A stretch of DNA of 63,960 bases, filler included, from Collodictyon triciliatum (GCA_043381765.1; 8 parts of 8 records of this genome joined end to end with filler, not necessarily neighbours in it), one strand, 5' to 3'; shown: positions 1 to 8,961, counted from the whole stretch's first letter. The notes: generated by a model not told the origin, from the letters alone. Made by a program: numbers and translations.

Positions 1-117
1 AATAAAGGAATCATTTATTAAGATTCTAGTACATACTTTATACTGCCCGGATTGGCACAAAATGTTTGACAATAGGATTAAGTCGAAGGGCCCCTCTGGC
101 AGGTTGGTTGCATCCCT

Positions 118-159
118 TGTCCTTGAATATATATTAATATTAATATATATTCAAGGACA
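118..159. repeat. Perfect 42-bp palindrome
   Basis: TGTCCTTGAATATATATTAAT followed directly by its exact reverse complement ATTAATATATATTCAAGGACA. Confidence 0.95.
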
Positions 160-264
160 CTTTTATTCTGAACTTGCGATTTTCAAGATACTTTAAGTGT
201 ATCCAGGAGGGTTGGCGAGGCTTTTTTCAAGTCCTGGCGAGGGTAATTTCAATTATCAAAAAAC

Positions 265-381
265 CACACTCTTTTATATGTCAATACTTTCCGTAAATTA
301 TTTTTTTGTGTCGCCGTTTGTATTGTATCGTAAGTGATTAACAAATATTGAATTAACTTCCTCACACTCTTTTATATGTCA
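265..381. repeat. 19-bp direct repeat CACACTCTTTTATATGTCA (2 copies)
   Basis: Copies at 265-283 and 363-381. Confidence 0.9.
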
Positions 382-420
382 CGATTTTATGATTAAGTTC
401 GTAATTAAGTTCGAGTAAAA

Positions 421-683
421 AGAGGGTAAGAGGGTGTAAAGGGTGTTTTTTTGACACCCCTGGTTAGATTTAAAATGTCTATTTCCCATTTCCGTAATTA
501 CTGGGTTCGGAAATAGAATCTCACGACTAAATAGAAAGGGACACCCTCTTACTCTCTTACCCTCTGAAAAATAAATATAAATATATAATATAAATATAAC
601 ACTCAGAGGAGTAAGAGAATTATTTTTTTTTTACATAAAATTAAAGAAAAGTAAAAAAAAAGAGGGTGTATAGCACACCCTCT
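421..683. promoter_or_regulatory. Putative replication origin: inverted AGAGGGT/ACCCTCT iterons around an AT-rich tract
   Basis: AGAGGGTAAGAGGGTGT at 421, ACACCCTCTTACTCTCTTACCCTCT at 541, AT-only tract ~567-599, hairpin AGAGGGTGT-atagc-ACACCCTCT at 661-683. Origin function is inferred. Confidence 0.45.
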
Positions 684-897
684 GTTTTTCATAAATTGAA
701 ATTTCCGGACACCCAAAATTTTAAAGAGTGTCGAAATTTACTTTTTCTTTTTTATATTTTCTTATACATTGTAGTGTAAAGGGTTAAGAACTTACCCACC
801 TGGCTACCCAACCTGTTTTTCAGAGGGTATGTTTTTTTTTTCATGTCCAATTCCAGAAATTTCCGGAAAATTGAACAGCCTCTTTTTTCAAAAAATA

Positions 898-983
898 AAT
901 TTGCGTGAAAAAACTTTTGTGTGAAAAACTTTTGCGTCAAAAAATTTGCGTGAAAAAACTTTTGCGTCAAAAAATTTGGCGTG
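898..983. repeat. Tandem ~15-bp repeat (AAAAA(C)TTTTGCGTS-like), about 6 copies
   Basis: Visible imperfect tandem units; they produce the spurious repetitive ORF 752-1000. Confidence 0.85.
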
Positions 984-1079
984 GGCTGGGTTTTGAGCAA
1001 AAAATTGCGGCAAGGTCTGGGCTTGGTAAAGTATTCAATTTAAATTGAATAGTTTATTTTAATGGTTTGTGTGTCTAGG

Positions 1080-1541
1080 TTAGTCGGTTTCCGTATCGCT
1101 TAAATTTTCAGATTCAGATTCGTAGTCATAGTAGTATATTTTTCGCTTTTCACCAACCGCAACAAAATCTATCAGATAACGCTCGAGAATATACATATAT
1201 GTATTGTCTGGCATCCCTTCACTGTCTGTGTCGTCGCTGTTCATCATAGTATTCAGCGCTTGTGTTATTCTGAAAAAAGAAGCTTGTAAGGATAGAGGGT
1301 CGTGGACACGCTCAACTGCTCTGTAAAAATCTGAGATCGTAAAATTTTGTAAGCCTCTAAATCTGCTAACAAATCCCATCCAGTTCACAATATACAAAGA
1401 TCTTGTATTTCCGAACTCATCTTCTACAAAAGTGATCATAATTTTCAGTCCATCAAAATCAAAATCAAATGTTTGGCGGTTGTTGCTGGTGGAGTTCATT
1501 CCTATTCTTGAAAATTTAAATTTTCTGGAATTTAAACGCAT
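1080..1541 (-). CDS. Hypothetical viral protein (start may be MNSTS at 1499)
   Basis: 153-aa ORF in a gene-dense element, divergent from the HNH gene, with a palindrome at 1032-1051 after its stop. Confidence 0.6.
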   Translation of the reverse strand: MRLNSRKFKFSRIGMNSTSNNRQTFDFDFDGLKIMITFVEDEFGNTRSLYIVNWMGFVSRFRGLQNFTISDFYRAVERVHDPLSLQASFFRITQALNTMMNSDDTDSEGMPDNTYMYILERYLIDFVAVGEKRKIYYYDYESESENLSDTETD

Positions 1542-1596
1542 TTACATTTTTTCGACAAAATCATTTTATAAAAAAAATATTTTTCTGAGAATCAGT

Positions 1597-2091
1597 ATGA
1601 CAGAAGTTGAGGTCTTTGCCCGGGTTTTGGATTTTCCTAATTATATGATTTCAAATTTTGGCCAAGTCCTAAGAAATGGACAAGCCATTAACCCATTTAT
1701 AAATACTCGAGGATATGCTAGTGTTATGTTATCAAATGGCAAAATCCAGAAACCTTGTTTAGTACATCGACTAGTTGCCACTTACTTTGTGGAAAATCCA
1801 AACCCAGAATTTAACATTATCGATCATATAAACGGAAACAAGGCAGACAATCATTATAAAAATATTCGTTGGTGCAATGCCTCAATAAATGCTAGAAATA
1901 GAAAATCAATTTTATCAAACACACAAATCCAAGGAGTACATAAACATAAAAATGGCTCTTTCGAGGTTTCTTATTATGTTGATGTATATCAACGAAAACG
2001 AAAATATTTCAAAGACTTGGACTCTGCCATAAAATACCGTGAGAAGATGGTTGATATTTATTATTCCAGGGTTAAAGCTTCCGAGCCCTAA
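1597..2091 (+). CDS. NUMOD4-HNH homing endonuclease with AP2-like C-terminus
   Basis: NYMISNFGQV (NUMOD4-like), VHRLVA..F..NP, IDHINGNKADNHYKNIRW (HNH), C-terminal IQGV..HKNG..F.....A...R (AP2-like). ATG at 1597 is in frame with track ORF 1432-2091. Confidence 0.88.
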   Translation: MTEVEVFARVLDFPNYMISNFGQVLRNGQAINPFINTRGYASVMLSNGKIQKPCLVHRLVATYFVENPNPEFNIIDHINGNKADNHYKNIRWCNASINARNRKSILSNTQIQGVHKHKNGSFEVSYYVDVYQRKRKYFKDLDSAIKYREKMVDIYYSRVKASEP

Positions 2092-2917
2092 AAACAACTG
2101 CTTTCAATTTGTCTGGGTCCCGCTGTAGGTCTGCAACGTTTTTGAGAACCTTCATCGCACTAGCCTGGAACCCTCCAAGATACGCCCATCTCTCGATTTC
2201 TTTATATGTTCTTGGCCCATACCTTTGCCCACCCTGAACACCATAATAACCACCATTGTTATCTGATGAGATTTTTATTTGATCGATCCCATTTGTGAAA
2301 GAAACCACCTTTCCTGTAGGTGATCCGTTGTTTGCCACCGAGGTAATTTTTTCTGATGAAAACATCGACGTGGGAGTGAAACCCGCCCCGACTTTTTGTT
2401 CTCCCTTGACATAACCTGCCATCGCCCTGTTTTGGGCTTGAAGTTTTCTAATTAAATCTAATCTTTTAATTAGATCCTTTGTCTCTTCGTCTGCGTATTC
2501 AATATATTGTGACCCAATCCGGTCAAATTCGTTAATAAGTTCTTGCTTTGTTTTTGTTCTCCACCCAGGATCGTAATAATATTCAAGACTCTTTAACTCT
2601 TTCGGGGTAAACATCGGGTCATCTTCTTCTTCCCCGGGAGCAGGTTCTTCCCCGGGAGCAGGTTCTTCATATTCTTGTTGTTCTTCTAGTTGGTTCGCAT
2701 AATCTTCATTTCTCTGCATAATGTTTTCGTGTTCACGCAACGCAGCGAGAAAGGCTAGTCTCATTGAATCTTGAAATTCTTCAAGACCAATCTCAAATCC
2801 TTTTAATTGTTGTGGATTTTGAGATTTTGATCGGGCACGAGATGACTTTGGTTGTGAGGATTCTGCTTCAGGTCTGCCTCGGGGGTCTGTTTGTGGTGAA
2901 GTATCTCTTTCTGACAT
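2072..2917 (-). CDS. Hypothetical viral protein, acidic, with EEPAPG x2 repeat
   Basis: 281-aa ORF with AT-rich ATG context; no family recognised. Confidence 0.75.
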   Translation of the reverse strand: MSERDTSPQTDPRGRPEAESSQPKSSRARSKSQNPQQLKGFEIGLEEFQDSMRLAFLAALREHENIMQRNEDYANQLEEQQEYEEPAPGEEPAPGEEEDDPMFTPKELKSLEYYYDPGWRTKTKQELINEFDRIGSQYIEYADEETKDLIKRLDLIRKLQAQNRAMAGYVKGEQKVGAGFTPTSMFSSEKITSVANNGSPTGKVVSFTNGIDQIKISSDNNGGYYGVQGGQRYGPRTYKEIERWAYLGGFQASAMKVLKNVADLQRDPDKLKAVVFRARKL

Positions 2918-2934
2918 ATTATAATAAACATTTT

Positions 2935-3987
2935 TTACCTTAATTTTATATCTATATATAAAGAATCTGATATCATGACACGCATCACGTTATTTGGAAT
3001 TCTTTTTTTCCCGTTGGACATCTCCTCTGGGGTTATTTCTTCTACATTAGACTTCTCCGGAAATAATTCGACTCCTTTAATTTCTGAAAAAACACTTGAT
3101 TTTCTAAATTTTTGCGAGTTCAATCCCTTTTTTATTTCCGGGGTAAATTTTTCTTTTGGAGTTTTGTTATAAAAATCTTCTATATTGTCAATTAATTCAT
3201 ATAATGAGTCGTATTTGTTTGAAAAAGGTGTTATTGCTTTTTCATGTGTAAGGTTAACATCAAGTTGTAAGACATTATTATAAATTTCTTTTTTGACTGA
3301 CATAATGTTATTTTTAATTTCGCCTTCACTTGACTTACCTTGTTTAATTTTATTTGCTATATTTTTTATGTCTTGGTGAATTTTATGAATTTCATTTAAT
3401 TCAATACTTTTGTTTGTTCTCAATTCTTCCAGTTCCAGTTTTTGACCAGGTGTTTTTTTTGGGGTATAAGGCTCCACCCTTTCCTCTTCTGGTTCCGCTT
3501 CAAGTCTCTGCAGCGACGTATCTGATTTTGAAATTGCTTTAAAAAAGTAGTCTTTATGTCTTTCTGTAAAAGAACTTGGCTTTAAAAGTTGTTTCAAATT
3601 CACATAATTTGTACTTGTATATTTACCAGTCAAATATTTTATTCTATCCTGTAGTTCTATCCCTTCAGGTTTCGACATGTTGACGACATACACTTTATTT
3701 GCCCTATCATAATGGTACGCAAAATTTAACTCTGGAGTTTTTATTTCATTTTCAGACTCTACATAAGAATTATACACATAAATTAAAGCATACATCATAT
3801 GTATATAATCCTCGTCAGGATAATAACTTGAAAAATTATCTTTTTCTTTAAGTACATTTTCCCATAAAATATTTCTGTTTTCTTCTGTAAATTCTCCGAT
3901 AGGGTTCTCATTTTTTATAATTTCCCTGGTATGGTGTTTTTTTCTACCAGACATTATTTTTGAAATTAATGCTTGACTCATATACAT
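2935..3987 (-). CDS. Hypothetical viral protein with coiled-coil region
   Basis: Long ORF (track 2935-4020); first ATGs at 3987 and 3981; no family recognised. Confidence 0.75.
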   Translation of the reverse strand: MYMSQALISKIMSGRKKHHTREIIKNENPIGEFTEENRNILWENVLKEKDNFSSYYPDEDYIHMMYALIYVYNSYVESENEIKTPELNFAYHYDRANKVYVVNMSKPEGIELQDRIKYLTGKYTSTNYVNLKQLLKPSSFTERHKDYFFKAISKSDTSLQRLEAEPEEERVEPYTPKKTPGQKLELEELRTNKSIELNEIHKIHQDIKNIANKIKQGKSSEGEIKNNIMSVKKEIYNNVLQLDVNLTHEKAITPFSNKYDSLYELIDNIEDFYNKTPKEKFTPEIKKGLNSQKFRKSSVFSEIKGVELFPEKSNVEEITPEEMSNGKKRIPNNVMRVMISDSLYIDIKLR

Positions 3988-4010
3988 GTAAAAAAAATAT
4001 ATTATAAAGT

Positions 4011-4220
4011 ATGAAATCATTCTTTAAAAAATCGCACTTTAAAAAATCCAAGGTTGAAAAAAAAAAGAAAGAGAAGAAACTCGATTATTCAAAAGAAGTG
4101 GAGCCCTTTGCCTCGACTGTACACCACTTCATCGAACGAAAAATAAAATATAATGAACAACATGGAAACAAAAAACAAAACATCAATAATCCCAAAAAGC
4201 GAATGGCAATCGAAAATTAG
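4011..4220 (+). CDS. Small Lys-rich hypothetical protein overlapping the integrase start
   Basis: 69-aa ORF whose ATG follows a short AT-rich divergent intergenic region. Confidence 0.45.
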   Translation: MKSFFKKSHFKKSKVEKKKKEKKLDYSKEVEPFASTVHHFIERKIKYNEQHGNKKQNINNPKKRMAIEN

Positions 4221-5382
4221 TGAAGTTTTTTATAATGAGCCAAAGCACACAATGTCACGGGACGCCCTTTTTACAGCGGTGCGTCAGTATGGCATTTCTC
4301 GATCATATGTCGATAAATTTATTCGAAGTCAACCAGACTGGCAAATTTTACAACGAGCTCCGAAACCTAAGGATACACCCACGATTATGCGATTTGAACC
4401 GGGATACGTACAGATCGACACAATTGATATCAAAAATATGGAAAGTGATTCAGCCAAGTACTTATTGACATGCGTTGATGTGTTTACACGAAAAATGTGG
4501 GCGTATCCTTTGGAATCTTTGAAAGCCAGCGATGTAGCTGTTCAATTGCAAAAATTCTTAAATTCTTATAAATTAACAAAAACAATTCAGTCAGACAACG
4601 GAAATGAATTTAAAGATCAAGTTTCTACAATACTTGAGAAACAAAAAATAAACCACGTTAAGAGCTTACCGGCTACCCCCACGAGTCAATCATATATCGA
4701 AAGAAATAACGGGACATTAAAGAGGGCTCTTTATGGTTATAAACAGAAAACAGGAAAGGACCCCATACCAGAGCTCGACAGCTTTATTGATTCTTTAAAC
4801 TTACAACCAAATTCTACAACGGGTGTCATCCCAGCTGTTGCCATGCTTCCAGAATATAAAAACAAGATTCTTGAGAATATGGAAAAGTATAACTCAAAGA
4901 AAAATGACCAGGGTAACAGCAAGGATTTAGAACCAGGAGAAAAAGTACGGGTTCGTTTAGAAAAAACGGATATTCCTGCGGATATGAGAAACAAAATCAA
5001 GAAACAAAAAGGGTATCTCCCAAGGTGGTCGTCTGAGGTATATAAGATAAAACAAAGATTTGAAGCAAAGTCAGTTTGGTCCATACCATCTTACACCTTA
5101 GACACCTCGGATAATTTAAAAAACAAGCGTTTTAGAAGGTCTGATTTATTAAAGTTATCAGAAGATACAAAACTTGAGACCCATAAGCCAAAGTCCCAAA
5201 ACATAAGAGAATTTGAAGAGGATGATGAACTTGATGAATATCTCAAAACCAGAGAAAGACGTGAGATGAAAGGAACAAGTGGCTTAGAAGAATCTGACTT
5301 GTATAGATTTAATTCACAAACAAAGGCAAAGCAAGCACATTCTCGTGAAATGCGTTTACTTAACAGAAATAGTAAAAAATAA
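4153..5382 (+). CDS. rve (retroviral-type DDE) integrase, Polinton/Mavirus-like
   Basis: VQIDTID (D), YLLTCVDVFTRK, IQSDNGNEF (D), PTSQSYIERNNGTLK (E), GEKVRV and KGYLPRWS C-terminal motifs. Confidence 0.93.
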   Translation: MNNMETKNKTSIIPKSEWQSKISEVFYNEPKHTMSRDALFTAVRQYGISRSYVDKFIRSQPDWQILQRAPKPKDTPTIMRFEPGYVQIDTIDIKNMESDSAKYLLTCVDVFTRKMWAYPLESLKASDVAVQLQKFLNSYKLTKTIQSDNGNEFKDQVSTILEKQKINHVKSLPATPTSQSYIERNNGTLKRALYGYKQKTGKDPIPELDSFIDSLNLQPNSTTGVIPAVAMLPEYKNKILENMEKYNSKKNDQGNSKDLEPGEKVRVRLEKTDIPADMRNKIKKQKGYLPRWSSEVYKIKQRFEAKSVWSIPSYTLDTSDNLKNKRFRRSDLLKLSEDTKLETHKPKSQNIREFEEDDELDEYLKTRERREMKGTSGLEESDLYRFNSQTKAKQAHSREMRLLNRNSKK

Positions 5383-5868
5383 TTATTGTTTTTTTTCTCT
5401 ATTTTTTCTAAATATTGTTTTTTTTTCTTGGTTTTTTACTTCTTTAAGTTCTTCCGATAGTTTTTCGTTATCGTATTGTACGCTCCTCTCTCTGTTGCTA
5501 TCCCTAGTCTCTGCCGCTTTCTTGCGCCCTTTTTTGAGAATCTCATCAACATCTTTCTTTGTTTTGAAAAACATGACGACATTGTCCTGATTTACGCTCC
5601 ACTGGGTTGCGTACTGTCTAAAGAAAAATACTTTATCTTTATTTCCTTTCCTTCGTAATTGCTCTTCCTCATTTGGAATTCTGTTTATAAAGCCGCCCTT
5701 TCTAAAACCACCTTGTGACTCGGTACCGCTGTTATATGTTCGTGGTTTTGCTATATAAGATATGTAGTCCCCGACCTGTATGTCTTCTGGGGAAATTGGA
5801 TCCCAATCATCGGAGCTAAAGTTTTCTGGGAGAAGTTTCTTGATTGTTTCTGTAATTTCTGGAGCCAT
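5383..5868 (-). CDS. Conserved unknown protein, homolog of 42421-42945
   Basis: GDYISYIAKPRTY...GF...WS aligns by eye with GDYVAYKTKARTW...GF...WS of element B. Confidence 0.85.
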   Translation of the reverse strand: MAPEITETIKKLLPENFSSDDWDPISPEDIQVGDYISYIAKPRTYNSGTESQGGFRKGGFINRIPNEEEQLRRKGNKDKVFFFRQYATQWSVNQDNVVMFFKTKKDVDEILKKGRKKAAETRDSNRERSVQYDNEKLSEELKEVKNQEKKTIFRKNREKKQ

Positions 5869-5880
5869 GTTTATTGCTAG

Positions 5881-5911
5881 AAAAAAAATATTTATAGAAA
5901 ATATTTTTTTT
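5881..5911. terminator. AT-rich hairpin (13-bp stem, 5-nt loop) downstream of the helicase stop
   Basis: AAAAAAAATATTT-ATAGA-AAATATTTTTTTT. A role as 3'-end signal is inferred. Confidence 0.5.
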
Positions 5912-5929
5912 ATTTAAATGTAAATTTAT

Positions 5930-8326
5930 TTAATTTGATTTTTCTGGATAATAATCGTCTATTTTAAATTTTAATCCATTTACTTTATTTCTTATTTCTG
6001 AAATGGATATATGATAAAAAGTTCCCAGCTCATAAATGTCTGTTTCCTCTGAATTTTTTCTTAAACTTGTGTACTCTTTTCTTACAAACAATTCATGATA
6101 TGTTGTTATGTATTCTTTTAATTCTCGACTTTTCACAAAAGATTTAAATGTCATATTTACAAACGCTGGTGCTATAGATTTACAAATTTCTTTATATAAT
6201 TCAAAAAACAACTGAGCTTTAATTATTACTTTCTCTTTTGAATGAAAATTGAAGCCACGTTTTGGATTTAGATATCCGTATTTTTCTTCATAGTAGCTGT
6301 CCCACTCAAATAAAATAATGTCCATGAATTGGAAAAACGTGGGTTTAAACGTTTCCTTAAGATCGTTTTGTGACTCACACATTGGTAAATTGTCGTAATT
6401 GAATTTCGGGTCATACATCTTTAAGATATACAATAATAGCAATTTGTTATAATATTCGTTTCCACTTTCTTCTCTCAATGCTTTTTGCTCTTCCGGGCTC
6501 AATCTATGTTCTTTGCAATCTATCATTGGGAACCTTCTGAAGTTCTCACTCTCAAACTCGAAAGCGCATTGTTTATTAGTAAGGGCCATATATGAAGTAT
6601 AATTTTTAACTGGAAAGGGATCTGTACGCATTAATCTGATTTCTGATCGAGACCTTGTAATCGCCGCTTTTATATTTGAAGTAAATTTCTTTGTGTCCTT
6701 GGTTTCTGACTCTTCGCACAATACAAGAAGCTTGTTATATATCGATGCGTTAAAATCGCCAAAAAGATGCACGGCACAACTCTGTGACGTGAAATAAGTT
6801 TCTCCCAGTAACTTCTCGGCATAATGCTTTTCAAGAAATCCAGTTTTTCCAGAGCCTCCCGTAGCGTTGCGAAGACACAAAGCTTTCTCGCATAATTTGG
6901 GTGTGTCAAAAAGTATATTACCTAGTATATTTATAAAGTACTTTATATTGTACTCTTGTATATTCTTGTCGTTATGGAAACAAAAAATTTCCTCTATTTG
7001 CCATTTGGTTTTTGAGTTGTCCCAGTCTAATTGCTCTTGTTCTGTCAATGGAGTATTTTTCAAGTCTTCAACCAATTTTTTATAAGCCTCGTTAGACATG
7101 AGACCCGGGTGACAAAACAGTGCGGTCCATGGGTGACCCTTAAATGTGTTGTACACGCCTTTTGGCACATTTACGCCATATGGATAAAATCCAAACATGA
7201 CATATTGTCTAATCGGATAACTGCAAATTGTTTGCCAAACCTCGTGGGGCTTATCTGTCAAATTAAATTCCTCGTGAAATTGCATAACGTAGGACTTGGC
7301 GTTTTGAATTTCTTGTGGTCTGTCAAATAATTCGTTTTCACGATACAGCTTTCCGTTCATTGTAAAATGCGTGTGCCAAAAATCAGGCGGTGGCGGTTCT
7401 GTTTTTGGAGGCACATAAGAAAATTCCCAGTCCATTTGCATCTTCTTTTCTGTTAATTTAACTTCATAAGATGTCTTTTCTTTTATAAAAGTTTCACATT
7501 TTCTTAAAAGATGTTCGGGAAATTCAACATCTTCTCCATTTTTTCGAATCATACAACCATCGTGAATTAGCACATCCACACTTCTACCTACTGAGATAAA
7601 AAATTCATTCATTGACTCCAATAGAATGCGTTCCTCATTTTGTAAAAAAAGACTTAGCATCTTAAATTTTTTATTTGGACCAGCCTGTAAAAGTACGTGG
7701 TTATCTCCTCGAAGTCTAATTTTCTGCCATTCTTCTTTTTCCGTCCATATAAATTCGGCAAGTCTTGACCATTCATGTTGAATGTTTGAAAGGTCTTTGT
7801 ATACCTCTTCAATGTCAAAAGATTGGCAATAATTTGGGATTTCAGCAAATTCAGGAGCTTGCCCGCCGTACGCTATTTTTAACAATGCGATCTTGGCGTC
7901 AAATCGATCCATGTTGAACCTCTCCATTATATCAGCAAGTACTGCCTCCCGATTTTCGACATAAAATTTAATGTACTCATGTGGCAAATTACGATTTTTT
8001 GCGTACTGGTACGCGATTGTGTAGTGGCAGTTTACAATGTCGATGTCATGATAGTGTGCTTGACACATTGGAACCCTGATTCTGCTTGTACTCATGCAAC
8101 CCAAGGATTGGGCCCGTGCTGGATATACGCGCCCAACTCTCAGATTTTCAAAACCCTTTGCGAAAGAATACGAGACTTCCAACAAATTCCCTTTTGTTAA
8201 TTTTCGACACATCGCCACAATTGCTTTTTTTTCTTGGGGGGAAATTATTGAATCGTCTTCGGAAAGCAATTGGCTGGAAACATTGACGTCAAAAATTTCA
8301 AATTTTGTGGCAAAAGTGGAGGTCAT
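5930..8326 (-). CDS. TVpol (family A polymerase-like primase) fused to SF3/D5-like helicase
   Basis: GRVY, DIDIVNCH (motif A), AKIALLKIAYGG (motif B), LIHDG (motif C); helicase Walker A GGSGKT, Walker B VLCEE, motif C ALTN. Same architecture as the Sputnik and PLV primase-helicases. Confidence 0.88.
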   Translation of the reverse strand: MTSTFATKFEIFDVNVSSQLLSEDDSIISPQEKKAIVAMCRKLTKGNLLEVSYSFAKGFENLRVGRVYPARAQSLGCMSTSRIRVPMCQAHYHDIDIVNCHYTIAYQYAKNRNLPHEYIKFYVENREAVLADIMERFNMDRFDAKIALLKIAYGGQAPEFAEIPNYCQSFDIEEVYKDLSNIQHEWSRLAEFIWTEKEEWQKIRLRGDNHVLLQAGPNKKFKMLSLFLQNEERILLESMNEFFISVGRSVDVLIHDGCMIRKNGEDVEFPEHLLRKCETFIKEKTSYEVKLTEKKMQMDWEFSYVPPKTEPPPPDFWHTHFTMNGKLYRENELFDRPQEIQNAKSYVMQFHEEFNLTDKPHEVWQTICSYPIRQYVMFGFYPYGVNVPKGVYNTFKGHPWTALFCHPGLMSNEAYKKLVEDLKNTPLTEQEQLDWDNSKTKWQIEEIFCFHNDKNIQEYNIKYFINILGNILFDTPKLCEKALCLRNATGGSGKTGFLEKHYAEKLLGETYFTSQSCAVHLFGDFNASIYNKLLVLCEESETKDTKKFTSNIKAAITRSRSEIRLMRTDPFPVKNYTSYMALTNKQCAFEFESENFRRFPMIDCKEHRLSPEEQKALREESGNEYYNKLLLLYILKMYDPKFNYDNLPMCESQNDLKETFKPTFFQFMDIILFEWDSYYEEKYGYLNPKRGFNFHSKEKVIIKAQLFFELYKEICKSIAPAFVNMTFKSFVKSRELKEYITTYHELFVRKEYTSLRKNSEETDIYELGTFYHISISEIRNKVNGLKFKIDDYYPEKSN

Positions 8327-8402
8327 CCTGAATTATCCAATATTTTTATCTTTAAGTTCAAACGAACGCGCGTTTTTTTTGCAAAAATACTTTACAAAAA
8401 AT

Positions 8403-8576
8403 TTAGTCAAATTTTACAACGATTTTATAATCTGGCAAATGCGATTTTATTCGGTACTGTCTTTTTTTCTTGTTGGATTTTTCTAGGTTATATACAAAGT
8501 CTTGCAAATCCTCCATGGTGGGGTATATTTGATTATGAATAACTTTATTTTTTGCTGTCACAATTAACTCGTACAT
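8403..8576 (-). CDS. 57-aa hypothetical protein (below track cutoff)
   Basis: Hand-translated MYELIVTAKNKVIHNQIYPTMEDLQDFVYNLEKSNKKKRQYRIKSHLPDYKIVVKFD*. It fills the helicase-ATPase gap and has TATCTA just upstream. Confidence 0.55.
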   Translation of the reverse strand: MYELIVTAKNKVIHNQIYPTMEDLQDFVYNLEKSNKKKRQYRIKSHLPDYKIVVKFD

Positions 8577-8596
8577 AATTTTATATAGATAATAAT

Positions 8597-8961
8597 ATGA
8601 ACGTCAAGCGAGTTTCAAATATAAAAATACAACCTTTGTCAAAACAAAAACCCGGCAAAAATTTGGGAATCCCGTACCCTTTGCCAGATATATCTTTAAG
8701 AAATTTCATCCTGGGGGTTTTGGGCCCAACTGGTTCAAGTAAAACGACCCTGTACGCGAATCTGATCAGAAAATATTATTTCGAGGTATTTAACAAAATT
8801 TATTTTTGTTCACCGAATGTGACGGATGAAGGGAAGGTATATGACAAGTCACTGGCCTCAATTGAATTCTCCGAGGAGCGTGTATTTCAGACAATAAATA
8901 ATGAAATAGCAGATTATATAAAGGAGGATATAGAGTGTGACGAGGAATTTCAAAAAGAGGA
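8597..8961 (+). CDS. A32/FtsK-like genome packaging ATPase (N-terminal part, contig-truncated)
   Basis: FILGVLGPTGSSKTT Walker A-like, FNKIYFCSP; aligns with the element B ATPase. Confidence 0.82.

Larger units (their letters stand above)
1..8961. mobile_element. Polinton-like virus / virophage-like element A (partial, contig-truncated)
   Basis: AT-rich, intronless, tightly packed ORFs: rve integrase, TVpol-SF3 helicase, A32-like ATPase, HNH nuclease. No major capsid gene or element ends recognised within the contig. Confidence 0.85.

Noticed and set aside
867-874. AAAATTGA octamers in the viral elements (867, 48070, 48702)
   Set aside because: Not positioned upstream of co-oriented genes; compatible with chance in AT-rich DNA.
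752-1000. 82-aa repetitive ORF
   Set aside because: Translation of the noncoding ~15-bp tandem array with a non-ATG start.
2935-3987. Major capsid protein candidate
   Set aside because: The sequence looks helical and charged rather than a beta-rich double jelly-roll.
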